A stretch of DNA of 64,000 nt from Strigamia acuminata (GCA_949358305.1 OX442314.1:2046001-2110000), one strand, 5' to 3'. Positions 26,680-39,255 are shown, counted from the first letter of the stretch. Made by a program: numbers and translations. The notes: generated by a model from the letters alone, not told the origin.

Positions 26680-27582
26680 TGGTTACAAAATGTGCTTTTG
26701 GGGTTACAAAAGGTGCATTTTGTGTTACAAAAAGTGCATTTTGTGTTATAATAGGTGCATTTTGGGTTACAAAAGGTGCATTTTGGGTTACAAAAGGTGC
26801 ATTTTGGGTTACAAAAGGTGCATTTTGGGTTACAAAAGGTGCATTTTGGGTTACAAAAGGTGCATTTTGGGTTACAAAAGGTGCATTTTGGGTTACAAAA
26901 GGTGCATTTTGGGTTACAAAAGGTGCATTTTGGGTTACAAAAGGTGCATTTTGGGTTACAAAAGGTGCATTTTGGGTTACAAAAGGTGCATTTTGGGTTA
27001 CAAAAGGTGCATTTTGGGTTACAAAAGGTGCATTTTGGGTTACAAAAGGTGCATTTTGGGTTACAAAAGGTGCATTTTGGGTTACAAAAGGTGCATTTTG
27101 GGTTACAAAAGGTGCATTTTGGGTTACAAAAGGTGCATTTTGGGTTACAAAAGGTGCATTTTGGGTTACAAAAGGTGCATTTTGGGTTACAAAAGGTGCA
27201 TTTTGGGTTACAAAAGGTGCATTTTGGGTTACAAAAGGTGCATTTTGGGTTACAAAAGGTGCATTTTGGGTTACAAAAGGTGCATTTTGGGTTACAAAAG
27301 GTGCATTTTGGGTTACAAAAGGTGCATTTTGGGTTACAAAAGGTGCATTTTGGGTTACAAAAGGTGCATTTTGGGTTACAAAAGGTGCATTTTGGGTTAC
27401 AAAAGGTGCATTTTGGGTTACAAAAGGTGCATTTTGGGTTACAAAAGGTGCATTTTGGGTTACAAAAGGTGCATTTTGGGTTACAAAAGGTGCATTTTGG
27501 GTTACAAAAGGTGCATTTTGGGTTACAAAAGGTGCATTTTGGGTTACAAAAGGTGCATTTTGGGTTACAAAAGGTGCATTTT
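26680..27582. repeat. Homogeneous 21-bp minisatellite (GGGTTACAAAAGGTGCATTTT), ~39 perfect copies plus degenerate left copies
   Basis: Directly visible; produces the repetitive ORFs at 26618-27750. Confidence 0.98.
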
Positions 27583-27837
27583 GGTTTTCTTGGCTCCCAA
27601 GTGATTTTTCATGGTGAAAATGGCCTTTATTTGTCAATATGCCGTTTTCCGTGGAGAAAATTGCCGTTTTTCATCAGAAATGGCTACCGTCGAATAGTAC
27701 TGGATCGTGTTGTATTCGAATACAACACAATGGTGTTATATTCGAATTGACATTCGAATTCAGATTTTGTCCTAAAATATTTAAAAATTAAAACAACAAT
27801 ATTAATGGGAGAAAAATCTTTATTTAATGATTTTATG

Positions 27838-28520
27838 TAGGGTTGCACCGAATATTCGGTTTATATTCGGTTATTCGGCCTATTCGGCCTAAAAACCGAA
27901 TATTATGTACCGGTATTTGGCCGAATATCAACCTGTTATTCAGCCGAATGCATAATAATGATAATATTAGAATTATTTGAATTTTGCAGTAAAACAACTT
28001 CACATTTATAGGTCAAAATTGCATTCTTCATATAAAAAAATTTAATTTTCACTATTAGATTGCAATTATTTCCTCAAAAACACAAATTTTACAATAAAAA
28101 TTTAATATTTATTTTAAAAATTATATTTTTAAAGCACAAATTGCATTTTTACTGTAAAATTTGCTTTTCAGAGGCAAAAATTGCACTTTATAGGCAAAAA
28201 TCAGACTATTGTGGCAAAAATAGCACTATTGAGGCAATATTCACTATTTTGAGGCAAAAATAGCATTTTTCTCAGAAAAAGGACATTTTTAACTTAAAAA
28301 AATTACATTTTTTGGATAAAAGGAATATTTTAGAACGTAAAAACTGCATTTCTTAGATAAAAAGTAAATTTTTTCAGCCAAAAATTGCTTTTTTTACTAA
28401 AAAATTTTTTTTTTTAAATATTCGGTTATTCGGCCGAATACCGAATATTCGGCCATGGTATTCGGTTCCGAATATTCGGTATTCGTTTATTCGGCCTTTT
28501 TGGTATTCGGTGCAACCCTA
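27838..28520. mobile_element. hAT-type MITE with 8-bp target-site duplication
   Basis: ATTTTATG|TAGGGTTGCACCGAATA...TATTCGGTGCAACCCTA|ATTTTATG, with subterminal TATTCGG/CCGAATA repeats. Confidence 0.92.
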
Positions 28521-28613
28521 ATTTTATGCATCTGCATCTTCGCTGTCACTTAATTCATTATGTTTCATTACGTTATGTTACTACAACGTTCAATCGAAAA
28601 ACGTTGTTACTAC

Positions 28614-28760
28614 CGTATACTCTTTCCACACTCAAGAGTGACCCTGGAAGCTGGGCTCCCATTGGCCGAGGTATTTCACTAGTGTAGCAGCAGTTGCATT
28701 GCAGTAGGCCAATGGGAGCCCAGCTTCCAGGGTCACTCTTGAGTGTGGAAAGAGTATACG
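28614..28760. repeat. Perfect inverted repeat, 54-bp arms and 39-nt spacer (small foldback/MITE)
   Basis: 28614-28667 is the exact reverse complement of 28707-28760. Confidence 0.9.
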
Positions 28761-29090
28761 ACGTTTTTCGAAAAATTTAAGTTGCTCCTATTAATAGGAG
28801 CAACTTAAATAGGAGAAACATAAATTCCACAGACTTTTTGGACCTGTTATTTCATTTATTGTTGATATTTTAAATAAATATTATTGAATCAGTCTGAAAA
28901 TTTAATCAGACATTACTTGAGTGGTATATTTAATAATCCTAAAAGCAAAATTAAATCAAAATATTAGAAGTTAATTTTTTTCAAATTTTTCGTCATTCCA
29001 CAGACATTTTGGACGCACCTTAGTTGTATGGGCTTAGGGCCAATCGAATGGTCTTTAAGACAATTCAGGACATAAGAGTGAGGTGGGGGT

Positions 29091-29594
29091 GTCAAATGCC
29101 TTCGAGACGTCAGTTTTAGCTAAATGGAGATGTTGATTACGTACAGTCACAGTTTTGGACAATATCTAAATATATAGAACCAATAAGGTGAAGGGCACTG
29201 GAGCCTGACCTAGTGCCATACTGATTTGGGGGGAAAAGTTTGGAAATGGTTGGCCTGATCTGCATCAGTATACAATGGTCAGCAATTTTACAAAGGGGGG
29301 GGAGTGATTAAATAGGGCGATAATGGAGACTAAGAGTTTGTCACCGCCTTTATGTAAGGGGGTGATAGAGATAGTTGCGTGTTTCCTTGCATTGGGGTAG
29401 GTAGAAGTGTCTATAATGGTGTTGAAAATATTAGTGAGAGAGAGAAGTACGGCAGGGAGTACCTTTTTGATAACAATACCAGGTACGTTATCGTAAGAAT
29501 GAGTAGACGAGAGGTTAGTCTTCATCGCCGCTATAATGATGTCGGTGGGGGAAATGTATTCAAAATTATTAAAACTTGGGACTGGGTGAGGCAA
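29091..29594 (-). mobile_element. Degenerate non-LTR retrotransposon (LINE) reverse transcriptase fragment
   Basis: YDNVPGIVIK..LTNIFN..TYPNARKHATI..PLHKGGDK, plus a downstream frameshifted DVSKAFD motif at ~29091-29111. Confidence 0.8.
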
Positions 29595-30782
29595 GGCGTC
29601 CTAATAGACAACTTAGGCCAGGAGCTAGTCAGAGTAAGCAAAGTTAGATAAAAAGAGAGATGAAGATATAGGAGAAGCAAAACCTGAAGATGGTTCAGTA
29701 TGGTGAGCCAAAAACTTAGTTATGTGTCGGAAAGAATGGCGTGGATTGCAAAGAAGAAATGGAACCAATGAGAACCTCATGCATTTTTAATGTTTGGTTT
29801 CCATTAAAGGATAGTGTTTTTTAATGTGTTCTGTGAGCCAATAAATCACGGGAATAGCCTATTAGTGGGTATATGGCATTAATTTTCATAATGGATATTA
29901 ATCAATAGGTCTACAATTATAATTATAATGATAAAATCATGCAATAAACAAAATTATGACCATAACAAAAATGTAAATAAAGACGCATAAATTATGAATT
30001 TTTGTTGTAAGACCACTTTCCCTTGAAGCAATTTTGTTTTTGTTGACATTGTACAGTTATAAAAAGCAACTTTCATTTGATAATACCATAGGTGATTTTC
30101 ACTTTGTTAGGTGATTTTAACTTCTTTGTGTGCGCTTTTTATGTCTTTTTATTTGATTTCTGCGTCTTTTAACTTTTACTTGTTAAAACGGAAATTTAAA
30201 AAAAAAGAGAAAAAAAAATAGAGCAAAAAAATGAAAAAAAGTGAACTAAGTTCTTTCATATTGCCTAATACCGATATTGCAGTGTCTGGGAAAAAAAGTA
30301 AATTTCCAAACATTTGCAAGTTGGAAATTAATATGGAAAATTTGAATTTCCTATTATGAGAAAATTTGTTGGAAATGTGTTGTAAATATTTAATCATTTC
30401 CACACTATTGGAAATTAGTGGCAAATCCTAAAATTTATTCTCTGAGTATTTCATGTTTGTGAAGAAATTTATGCAATTCGGTATTTGTCGAAAGAGAGTG
30501 ACAAAAATAATTGAACGCGCCTAGTCTATTCAAAAGTAAACAGGAATTTTTTTAAAAATTATTTTTGGAATTTTTAAATCTATTATTTTTTATTGTTTGG
30601 TATGAAATTGAATGAAAATACATGAAATTTCAGAAAGAATTTCCTGTTAGTTTTTTAGAGAAAAAATAAAAACTCTTATAGAAGTCAATATTGACCCAAG
30701 GTTGGGGTGGGGGTGGTTAAAGAACCAAATATTTAAAATCCAACAGGTGAAAACAAGAAATTGCAATATTTACAATAACCGC

Positions 30783-31553
30783 TCGACTGTTAACAGTAGT
30801 TTACATTTACAACCGGACCCCTACCCTTTACCAAAGATTTCGGAACTTTTAGCTTCGATTGGGCGCGCGAGGTTTTTCAGTACGCTTGACTCTCGTCAAG
30901 CATATTTGCAAATTCCCTTATCGTAACGGTCGGCGATGATCGCAGCAGTAAACACGCCAAAAGGATTAATGGCCGTTACACGGTTGCCTTTTGGCACAAT
31001 GCCATCTGCTGGGGTTTTTCAAAGAATCATCATTACGGTTTTGGACGGGGTCCCTAGAATTTACGTTTATCTCGACGACATTTTGGTCGCCACTTGGACG
31101 TTGCGGGAACATTTTGATGTTCTACGCATTATTTTCGACCGCTTATTAAAGAGGGGGTTACGATTGGCTCGTGAAAAGTCGAAGGTGGAGGCAGTCATGG
31201 CCATCGCACCCCCAAGTGACGTTAAGTCTTTACGCACGTTTTTAGGCATGGTGGCGTTCTACGCCGTTTTTGTGGCTAGATTGGCGGAGAAAGCAGCGCC
31301 ACTCTATAAACTTTTATGTCTAGACAGGGAGTGGTCCTGGAACGTGCGAAGGCAACGAGCCTTTGAGTTGATTAAGGCGGCACTGACAGAAGCGCCCATT
31401 TTGACTTTCTATGATTTGAAGAGACCGTTGGTAGTTGCCTCAGAAGCTTCACCATTTGGCGTAGGCGCAGTGTTGGCACATGTCGACCCTGATGGCAAAG
31501 AATACCCGGTCGCATATGCATCCAGATCATTGTCCAAAGCTGAGGCCAATTAA
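30783..31553 (+). mobile_element. Degenerate Gypsy pol fragment (RT-RNase H)
   Basis: PYPLPKISELL..FFSTLDSRQAYLQIPL, in-frame stop, RLPFG, YLDDILV, internal deletion, ASPFGVGAVL..PVAYASRSLSKAE. Confidence 0.9.
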
Positions 31554-32303
31554 AAAGCCCAGAACCGATCACCGTGAACCACAGTTATAACAAGCAACTT
31601 TCATTTGATAATACCATAGGTGATTTTCACTTCTTTGTGTGCGCTTTTTATGTCTTTTTATTTGATTTCTGCGTCTTTTAATTATTTTTTTTACACACAT
31701 TTTTCATATTTTGGTGTACTTCATCGCCAGTGTATATCAAACAAAATTTTACAAGATTATTTAAGACCAAAGTTGAGAAAATTTGTCAATGTTAATAGTC
31801 AACCAAGAGAGCAACTCCAGAATCTTATGATATTACTTTGGCAGGAACAATTTGTCACGACCAAAGATAAACCAAAAAGAAGGCAAATTGCTCATTTTGA
31901 TCAGGACCAGCATCACTCAAATATAAACCAAATATAAATGTAGGTCATTCATTACTTTTTTCTTTTTTTTAGACGCAGTTACAATTTTTATGAATCGTTT
32001 GGAAACTTTTTCTGATCTCCTTAACCGCAAATGCATTTCAAATAAAATTCTCAGAGATTACTTGAGACCTAAAGTAACAAATTTTGTTAACGTCGACAGC
32101 CAAGGAAGAGAAGACCTCCAAAAATTAATGATATTAATTTGGCAAGGAGGATTGGATAAACCAAAATTTTTCCAAAAAGAAGGCAAACTGCTCATTTTTA
32201 TCAGTCAAATGACTACGTTCGTCGTAATTGCCATCTGCATTACGAACACCATCACCACACGCACGTACTACATGATGGTGATCGCCACAAAACGTTCGAG
32301 ATG

Positions 32304-32420
32304 GGAGTGAAGCATCAACGGGTGACACCACTACGGCCAGAAGCCAACGAGGATGTCGAGCGACTCATGAGGACGTTGAACAAAGCCATTCTGTCAGCGG
32401 TGACGGTAGAGAGGAAATGG
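32304..32420 (+). mobile_element. Gypsy integrase fragment
   Basis: GVKHQRVTPLRPEANEDVERLMRTLNKAI resembles the integrase E-motif region. Confidence 0.7.
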
Positions 32421-33077
32421 TATGAAAAAATATAATATTATTAGAATTTATATTCTATAAGAAAGAAGTAAAGAAAGGGGTCCCGTACCAGAACAGGTTG
32501 GGGCGCACACCTCAATGTCCCTTCTGCAGAGCTACCATTAATCAGGTGCTAAGGATTTATCAGTAGATATACTGTTTATTACAAATGATTAGTATTTTTT
32601 TTTATCATCATTATTATTAATTTTTATTATTATTAATTTCAAAGAAATTGCCATTCGGACAAAGTGCCTAATGGCGAAAATTACTAAATTAATAAAATTT
32701 CGCCATTTCAAACAAGAGCACGTGATGCAGGTTGAAAGCAAATTGGCAAAGTGCTCTGGCTGCAATGAGGAGATATTGAGCGAGCACCTGCTAAAATGTT
32801 ATAATGGCGACTTGATCTGCCGATCATGCATCCGGCGCCAAGAACCGTACTGCAAGCACAAGCTTTTTCGTGTTTTATTAGTAGCTGCATTCAAAATGTG
32901 TTAACCATTTCTAGACACCAGATAGCGCTGTAACTTGCATTCACTTTTCAAAATGGCCATTATGACCGCCTGATGTAAAATTAAGCCTTGCCAGAGAAAT
33001 GTCCAGCACATCTTTTCAAACAAATGACGCAGACGGTTTGTATATAATTTTAAAAAATATAACATGTAATTTATATA

Positions 33078-34127
33078 CTCCCTCTGTCCCAAATTATGGT
33101 ATACATTTGGGGTGTTTTTTCTGTCCCAAATTATGGTATACATTTCTGGTTTTATTTGATTTTTATCATTAAAAATACAACATAAATACAAAATTAATTT
33201 AATTAAGTTAAATTATTAATAAATTAAGTCAACAATAAACAATGTGGAGTAAACAATAACAATAAATAATACTCCCTAACAATAATAACAATAGTGATTA
33301 GCAATGAAAATTTTGTCGTGCAGTTTCAATTGTTGCCACCCTTTGCTGTCATCACTGACTCCATACAGCATTGTAGTGACAAAAATACGTTTGTCTTTGT
33401 TTAATTCATTGAATGCGTTCTGTACACATTCAATTAATTCGTCAATTGTTTTTGGTGAAGCTTTGTGTTGTAGTGATTGAATTGAATTGAAAAATCCAAG
33501 ATCTAAAACGTTTAGGTCTGGACTATTTGGTGGCTGCGATTTAAATTGAATACACCATCCATCTTTTGATCCTTCGGCCAACAAAACAGCATCATTGTCA
33601 CTAGAATGGGGGTTGGGCGTAATTATTGCGTTTTCGGCCACATTTATTTTTTTTGATGACACATCAGCAAGAATATGTCCTTCATTATATTGTCTTTTAA
33701 CTTCTTGCCAAATTCGTGAAACAGTTAGTCTAGTAACTCCAAGTTTTCCTGCAATTTCATTAATGGCGCCACGACTCAACTTATTTCTTACATTGCTTCG
33801 TTTCAGCAAGAGCTGCAGTATATAATTTCGCTGATTATCAGTTAATTGCTTCTTTTTGGTCACTTTTCTTTGAAAACAGTCATTTTCTGAATTCATTTTT
33901 ATTTTATTTGAAGCACAACAGGTGCCATTTAAATTTGAGTCTATTTTGGAAATATTCAACTCAGCAATAATGGAACGATAAATTAATTACCCATAATGCC
34001 ACCTAGTGATCAGAAAGTCCACTTAATTTGAAGGGTTATTCAGTGAAAATATCTTAAAATTATACAAAACTAACGATAATCGAGAATTTTTTAGAGAAAT
34101 GTATACCATAATTTGGGACAGAGGGAG
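33078..34127 (-). mobile_element. Internally deleted plant-type mariner-like (DD39D/Stowaway-related) DNA transposon
   Basis: TA|CTCCCTCTGTCCCAAATTATGGTATACATTT 31-bp TIRs with TA duplication. ORF 33276-33959 has an HTH region (GAINEIAGKLGVTRLTVSRIW) joined to QPPNSPDLNVLDLGFFNSIQSLQ. Confidence 0.9.
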
Positions 34128-36303
34128 TACTTTTTTTTATAGAAGCAGTACAGAAAATCATAAAAATAGTAGCAAATTTTGGGCACATACTCCGTCGTAA
34201 CAGTATGAAGAAAGTGTACATAGTGAAATATTTAGAGAGTTTAGGAGGAAAAATCAAGACACTTGAATATTTAGAGAATCTGGGAGGAAAGATCAAGGCT
34301 ATTGACCAAAGACCAATTAAAAAAAATATTAATTGGCTACTGGAAGCTAAAGCCGATCAAAAAACTATCAAAAAGACAGCAAAAGCAAACGATGCTGATT
34401 GCACTACCACAACTGAGGTTGCTAAAGAAATCACGCGGAAAACGACAACAGCCACCAACACGCTCCTGTCCGTAAAGGACAAAATGCGTACGAATCACCT
34501 TTATAATAATTTAATTTTATATCATTAAATTAAACTACAAAGCAAAAGTCAAGCAATAATTGATTTGGCCTAAAAGTTATTTCCACATTCAACAAGAGGA
34601 AAAGGCAACGCGGAGTTAACATGTTTGGAAAATGGAAAAACTAGTTTTGTTCTGGTTTTAATTAGTTTGATTATTTTAGATGTTTGAAATGATGTAAAAT
34701 GACTTAATTTTTAATAATAAAATGTTTTTAAAAGTCTGGAAGCAATGTTTTAAGCTGTTACTTTTTCAGAATCAGTTTATCGGTTGCTAAGTCAAGCTGG
34801 TTTTGAAATTTATGATCGATTGTTCTATCTGGACACAAAATGGCTTTCCCTAGCTTGAGCATTTGTATTTTGGCCTACTTTTATGCAGCCCTACACCAGT
34901 GAATAGGCTCGACCAATAGGAACTGGTCCCACTCTAACAGTGAGCAAGAGTATAGATGAATCAGAAATCAAGACCAGCTGATCAATAGCTCAAATAACAG
35001 CCAAACTAGAGAAAATTAGGAAGCTAGCCGACTAAGAACTTGCCTCGTCAAGTAAAGGATCATTATTCATTTCCGCTACAAAAAACAAAAAGAGATCTTT
35101 TGTGCAAACTCAAGAAAAAGCACATCCTTAGATCCAGAACGAAAAAGCAGAACGAAATCAAAAAAGATATATGTAAGGAATTATTAAACTTAATTCCAAA
35201 TTCAGTACGGTCAACATCAGTTCATTTTGTGCGCAATACACAACATAGGATTACTAAAGGGTACATTCTGAATTGAATAGCAATTAGCGAAAAGCAACTG
35301 ACCTTTCAATTACTTGTATGGTTTGCATAGTATATTGCATGCTGTGGGGGTAGGCTAAGGGGATTATTACAAAAAATTACAGTAATCAATAACAGTAGTA
35401 TGTTTTCCTGCCTGTTTTCCGCCATAACGAGGAAAATAAAGATTCATTATGAAACATTTTTTTTGAGACGGCAACTAAACTGACAAGAAATCTCTGGCAA
35501 TTTGCTCATTTGGAAATGTTAAAACATGTGCAAGATAATGTGCAAGAGATTCCATTGAAGAACGAGAGCAAGTTTCATCAAAAGGAAGTAGGAACAGATG
35601 GGCCTGAGTAAGATCCAAAAACAACAGTAAGCACACATTGCAGATGCTCATGGCAAATCTCAACTCAGCCGGATTGCAAAAAGCAGGATTAGAGAAATAT
35701 GGAAAAATAGTGTTAGCAAGCAGTCAAAATTGCATAACAATTAGTAAATGCTACACCCATTCAGTAAATGGCGTGCAGGCCTACAATACCAACTCTATTA
35801 TGACCAGAGCTCTCTTTTTGCTTGACCCAGGGGTGACCACGAGGAGGTAGAGAGTTGGATTTTACACCCCCATACTCAAATAACAATAGAATATAACCTA
35901 TAAACTCTACAAGTTCAAAAGAAACATTAATTATCTGGGTGTAGTGTTGTGGATTAATAACAGACACGCTGGCTTGCATCGATAAGAATGACCTTAGTGC
36001 ACTTGCACTCATAATCATGTGCTTTAATAAGTAGTGTCGCCTGGTGGCAACATTATGCAACACAAGGTCGTTGCGTGTCTCAAGGACACTACATCATTCT
36101 CTTTTCTTTTCAAAGTGTTAACTTTACATACAATTTTTTAAATAATATTTCAACAATAAGACAATACATTTTCATGTATATAAACAATAACAGTTTTTAA
36201 AATAAACAATATTAATCAATTTGACATTGTCCAGGCCTGAACTTCTTTTAACTCTTTACACAAAACTATTAATTACTTAGTTATTCTTAAACATTTCTAC
36301 ATC

Positions 36304-39255
36304 TTATTTCGGAACCCACTGCCCATACCAATCCGGCGGCTTCTTTTCTCTTGCTGACCGCCGTGGCACGAACTCAGCTGGCGCCTCAACTCGCTGCTCT
36401 TCTTCAACCCTCTCCTCCGCGTCCACGTCGTCCAAAACAGGATATTGATCAGTTTCCCCTGCTTGTCCTTGCGTCGCTTCCTCGAGAGCTGGATCTGGAA
36501 CGGTTAAGGTGTCATCTAATTGCTCTTGTTCGTACCTTCTCACGTGCGTCACGTTCCGTCTAATCAGTCTTCCATCGGGTGCTCTTAAAATTACACAATT
36601 GCCTTTCTTATTGTGTACAATAAAGATGTCCTTTTCAAAAGCTAAGTCTAATTTGTGTTTTCTTGGTTTTGACACCAAAACGTGGTCACCAATTCTAATG
36701 TCCATATGTACGCTCCTACGATTTAAATCGGCGTACTCTTTTGATTTCGACTTTTCCAACGCGTCTCTCTCTTTTACACGTTTATGTAGTCCTCCTTTTT
36801 GTGGTCGTAATAAATACGGGATCTTGTTGTTCATCAACCGCCCCGTCATTAATTCATACGGAGAAACTCCCGTCGTCCTGTGCGGCGTGCTACGATATGA
36901 CTGCAGGAAATCGCCCAACGCCTTTTTCCAATTTCCTTTTTCAATTTGCGCAGAGCGAAATGCCTTTACGAAGGACTTATTCAGGCGTTCAACCTGGCCA
37001 TTGGCCTGGGGCCAGTATGGCGTGACCCTTCGATGTTCAATTCCGCATTCCTCCATAAAGTCCTTAAATTCCGCAGCTACGAACTGTGGCCCGTTGTCCG
37101 ACGTAATGGATTTCGGCAAACCCCAACCATCAAACACGTAGCTCAACCACGAAATTATTTTCTCCGTCTTGGTCGATTTTAGAATTGCTGCTTCGGGCCA
37201 ACGCGAATAATAATCTACCAGCACCACAATCGAGCAACCATTTTGAAATGGCCCGCACAAATCAATAGCAAGATCTCTCCACGGTCCCTCCGGTAATTTT
37301 GTGCTCCTGATTGGTTCTGGCCTTTCAGTTGGTCCGTTGAACTGGCATGCCCGACAAGCGCGAACAATCCGCTCTACATCTCCGTCCAGTCCCGGCCACC
37401 ATACTTTCTCACGAAGGCGCTGTTTCGTCCTAACAACCCCTTGATGTCCTATGTGTGCCAATTTGATAATTTTATCTCTTAATGTCTTTGGTGGCACAAT
37501 TCGCGTTCCTCTCAGCAAAATTCCTTTCATCGTTGTTAATTCCAATCTCACCGACTGAAATCTTGCCAATTCCCGTGGAAACTTCTTCCCAGTTGTCAAA
37601 AACTTTTCAATTTCTTGAATTTCTGAATCTGCTTTTGAAGCTCGGCCAATTTCCTCAACCGTCATTGCTTTGGAAACTGCATTGTTGACAATAAAACGAA
37701 CGTATTTTTCGCTTTCTCCAATTATCATCTTTCCTTCATCGGTTGGAAGTAAACGTGACAAAGCATCGGCAATGTTTGATGTCCCTGGTTTGTGTCTCAC
37801 AACGAATTGGAATGGTTGTAGCCGTAACACCCATCTCTCTATACGAGCTGACGGTTTCGAGCGGGCTGAATATATCACTTCTAGTGCCTTGTGGTCGGTC
37901 ACTAGTTGAAACTCGAGTCCAATCAAATATAGCCTGAACTTTTCACAAGCCCAGACTACCGCCAACGCCTCTTTCTCAGTTTGCGAGTACCGCCTTTCCA
38001 CTTGGGAGAGCGTGCGGCTCGCAAAAGCGACTGGTTTCTTTTCCCCACCGCTCTGACGCTGCAAAAGTACCGCCCCGAGTCCCACCGGTGACGCGTCGAC
38101 CACTAACTGCGTTTCTGCATCCTTCCTGAAAAAAGCTAATGTTTCAGCTCTGCACAACATGTCCTTTAAGGCCTGAAACGCTCTTTCCTGCACGGCTGTC
38201 CACTCAAACGTCACGTCCTTCCGGGCTACGCTCCTCAGCGGTTCAGCGACTGACGCAAAATTTCTAATGTAGCGCGCGCAATAGTTTGCGAGGCCCAAAA
38301 AGCTTCGCACTTCGGTTGCTGTCTTCGGCGCTACTGCGTGCCGTACCGCTTTCACCTTCTGTTCGGCAACCGATATTCCATCTTTCGAGATGATGTGTCC
38401 CAAAAAATCCAGTCGTTTGAGTCCAAACCGACACTTTTTCAAATTCAGTGTCAAGCCATTTTGCTCCAACACCGTCAAAACCTTTGCCAAACGAAAATCG
38501 TGTTCCCGAACCGTTTTCCCGTAAACGACAATGTCGTCTAAACTATTTCGTGTGCAGTCACACTCCTTTAAAATGTTCTGAAGAATTCGTTGAAACTCCT
38601 CTGGCGCTGAGGCGATCCCGAAAAACAATCTTTTGAACCGATATAACCCTCGATGGGTTACAAAAACCGTGTATTTTCTTGAACTTTCTCGCAATGGGAT
38701 TTGCCAATAACCCCACTTGCAATCCAACTTCGTGATCAACTCCGCGCCGTCTATTTCTTCAAGAACTTTGTCCATTGTTGGAAGAGGGTGTCGAGATCTT
38801 TTAACCACTTGATTGACGGCCCTCATATCCAAACAAATCCTAATACTTCCATCCGGTTTTGTCACCGGGACCATGGGTGAAACCCATTCCGTCGGCCCCG
38901 TCACTGGTTCGATTATATCTTGTCGTAACAAATTGTCGATTTCGTCGTCCACCATCTTCCTGATGTGGAAAGGGATTCTCCGCACTGATTGCGCGACTGG
39001 CTTCACTGCCTCATCGACATATAGGTCCAATTCAAAGTCCCTTAATTTTCCTACTCCTGAAAATATATTAATGTGTTTTCTCACTTCTTCCGCTAATTCT
39101 GGTCGCATTCCATTCAAAACCGCGTCAAAAGCATCGCTCTCCTCGATTGTGCACACTGTCGCGTCTTTCAAACTCATCAGCTCCAATTGTCGTGAAGTCT
39201 TCTTCCCCAACAATGGCATGTTTCCTTTCGGCACGACAATGAACTTCGAGTGCAC
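36304..39255 (-). CDS. pol: Pol (protease C-part, RT, RNase H, integrase) of the Mag-like element
   Basis: WVSPMVPVTKPDGSIRICLDMR, SLDDIVV, VVDASPVGLG, H..GHQG..CRAC zinc finger, AIDLCGP / SDNGPQF / QVERLN integrase DDE. Confidence 0.95.
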   Translation of the reverse strand: MHSKFIVVPKGNMPLLGKKTSRQLELMSLKDATVCTIEESDAFDAVLNGMRPELAEEVRKHINIFSGVGKLRDFELDLYVDEAVKPVAQSVRRIPFHIRKMVDDEIDNLLRQDIIEPVTGPTEWVSPMVPVTKPDGSIRICLDMRAVNQVVKRSRHPLPTMDKVLEEIDGAELITKLDCKWGYWQIPLRESSRKYTVFVTHRGLYRFKRLFFGIASAPEEFQRILQNILKECDCTRNSLDDIVVYGKTVREHDFRLAKVLTVLEQNGLTLNLKKCRFGLKRLDFLGHIISKDGISVAEQKVKAVRHAVAPKTATEVRSFLGLANYCARYIRNFASVAEPLRSVARKDVTFEWTAVQERAFQALKDMLCRAETLAFFRKDAETQLVVDASPVGLGAVLLQRQSGGEKKPVAFASRTLSQVERRYSQTEKEALAVVWACEKFRLYLIGLEFQLVTDHKALEVIYSARSKPSARIERWVLRLQPFQFVVRHKPGTSNIADALSRLLPTDEGKMIIGESEKYVRFIVNNAVSKAMTVEEIGRASKADSEIQEIEKFLTTGKKFPRELARFQSVRLELTTMKGILLRGTRIVPPKTLRDKIIKLAHIGHQGVVRTKQRLREKVWWPGLDGDVERIVRACRACQFNGPTERPEPIRSTKLPEGPWRDLAIDLCGPFQNGCSIVVLVDYYSRWPEAAILKSTKTEKIISWLSYVFDGWGLPKSITSDNGPQFVAAEFKDFMEECGIEHRRVTPYWPQANGQVERLNKSFVKAFRSAQIEKGNWKKALGDFLQSYRSTPHRTTGVSPYELMTGRLMNNKIPYLLRPQKGGLHKRVKERDALEKSKSKEYADLNRRSVHMDIRIGDHVLVSKPRKHKLDLAFEKDIFIVHNKKGNCVILRAPDGRLIRRNVTHVRRYEQEQLDDTLTVPDPALEEATQGQAGETDQYPVLDDVDAEERVEEEQRVEAPAEFVPRRSAREKKPPDWYGQWVPK

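Larger units (their letters stand above)
27688..28790. mobile_element. Copy of a palindromic MITE family (GTGTTGTATTCGAATACAACAC subrepeats) carrying two nested insertions
   Basis: 27708-27837 plus 28521-28790 match the reverse complement of the uninterrupted copy at ~42570-42810. A related end (GAAGACGG|TA) lies at ~16864. Confidence 0.65.

Noticed and set aside
26680..27582. Telomere-like repeat (GGGTTA-containing unit)
   Set aside because: The unit is 21 bp, internal, and does not match TTAGG/TTAGGG arrays.
26618..27750. Long ORFs in several frames (VTQNAPF, GYKRCIL, VHFGLQK repeats)
   Set aside because: Artefacts of a 21-bp tandem repeat that lacks stops in those frames; no unique coding content.
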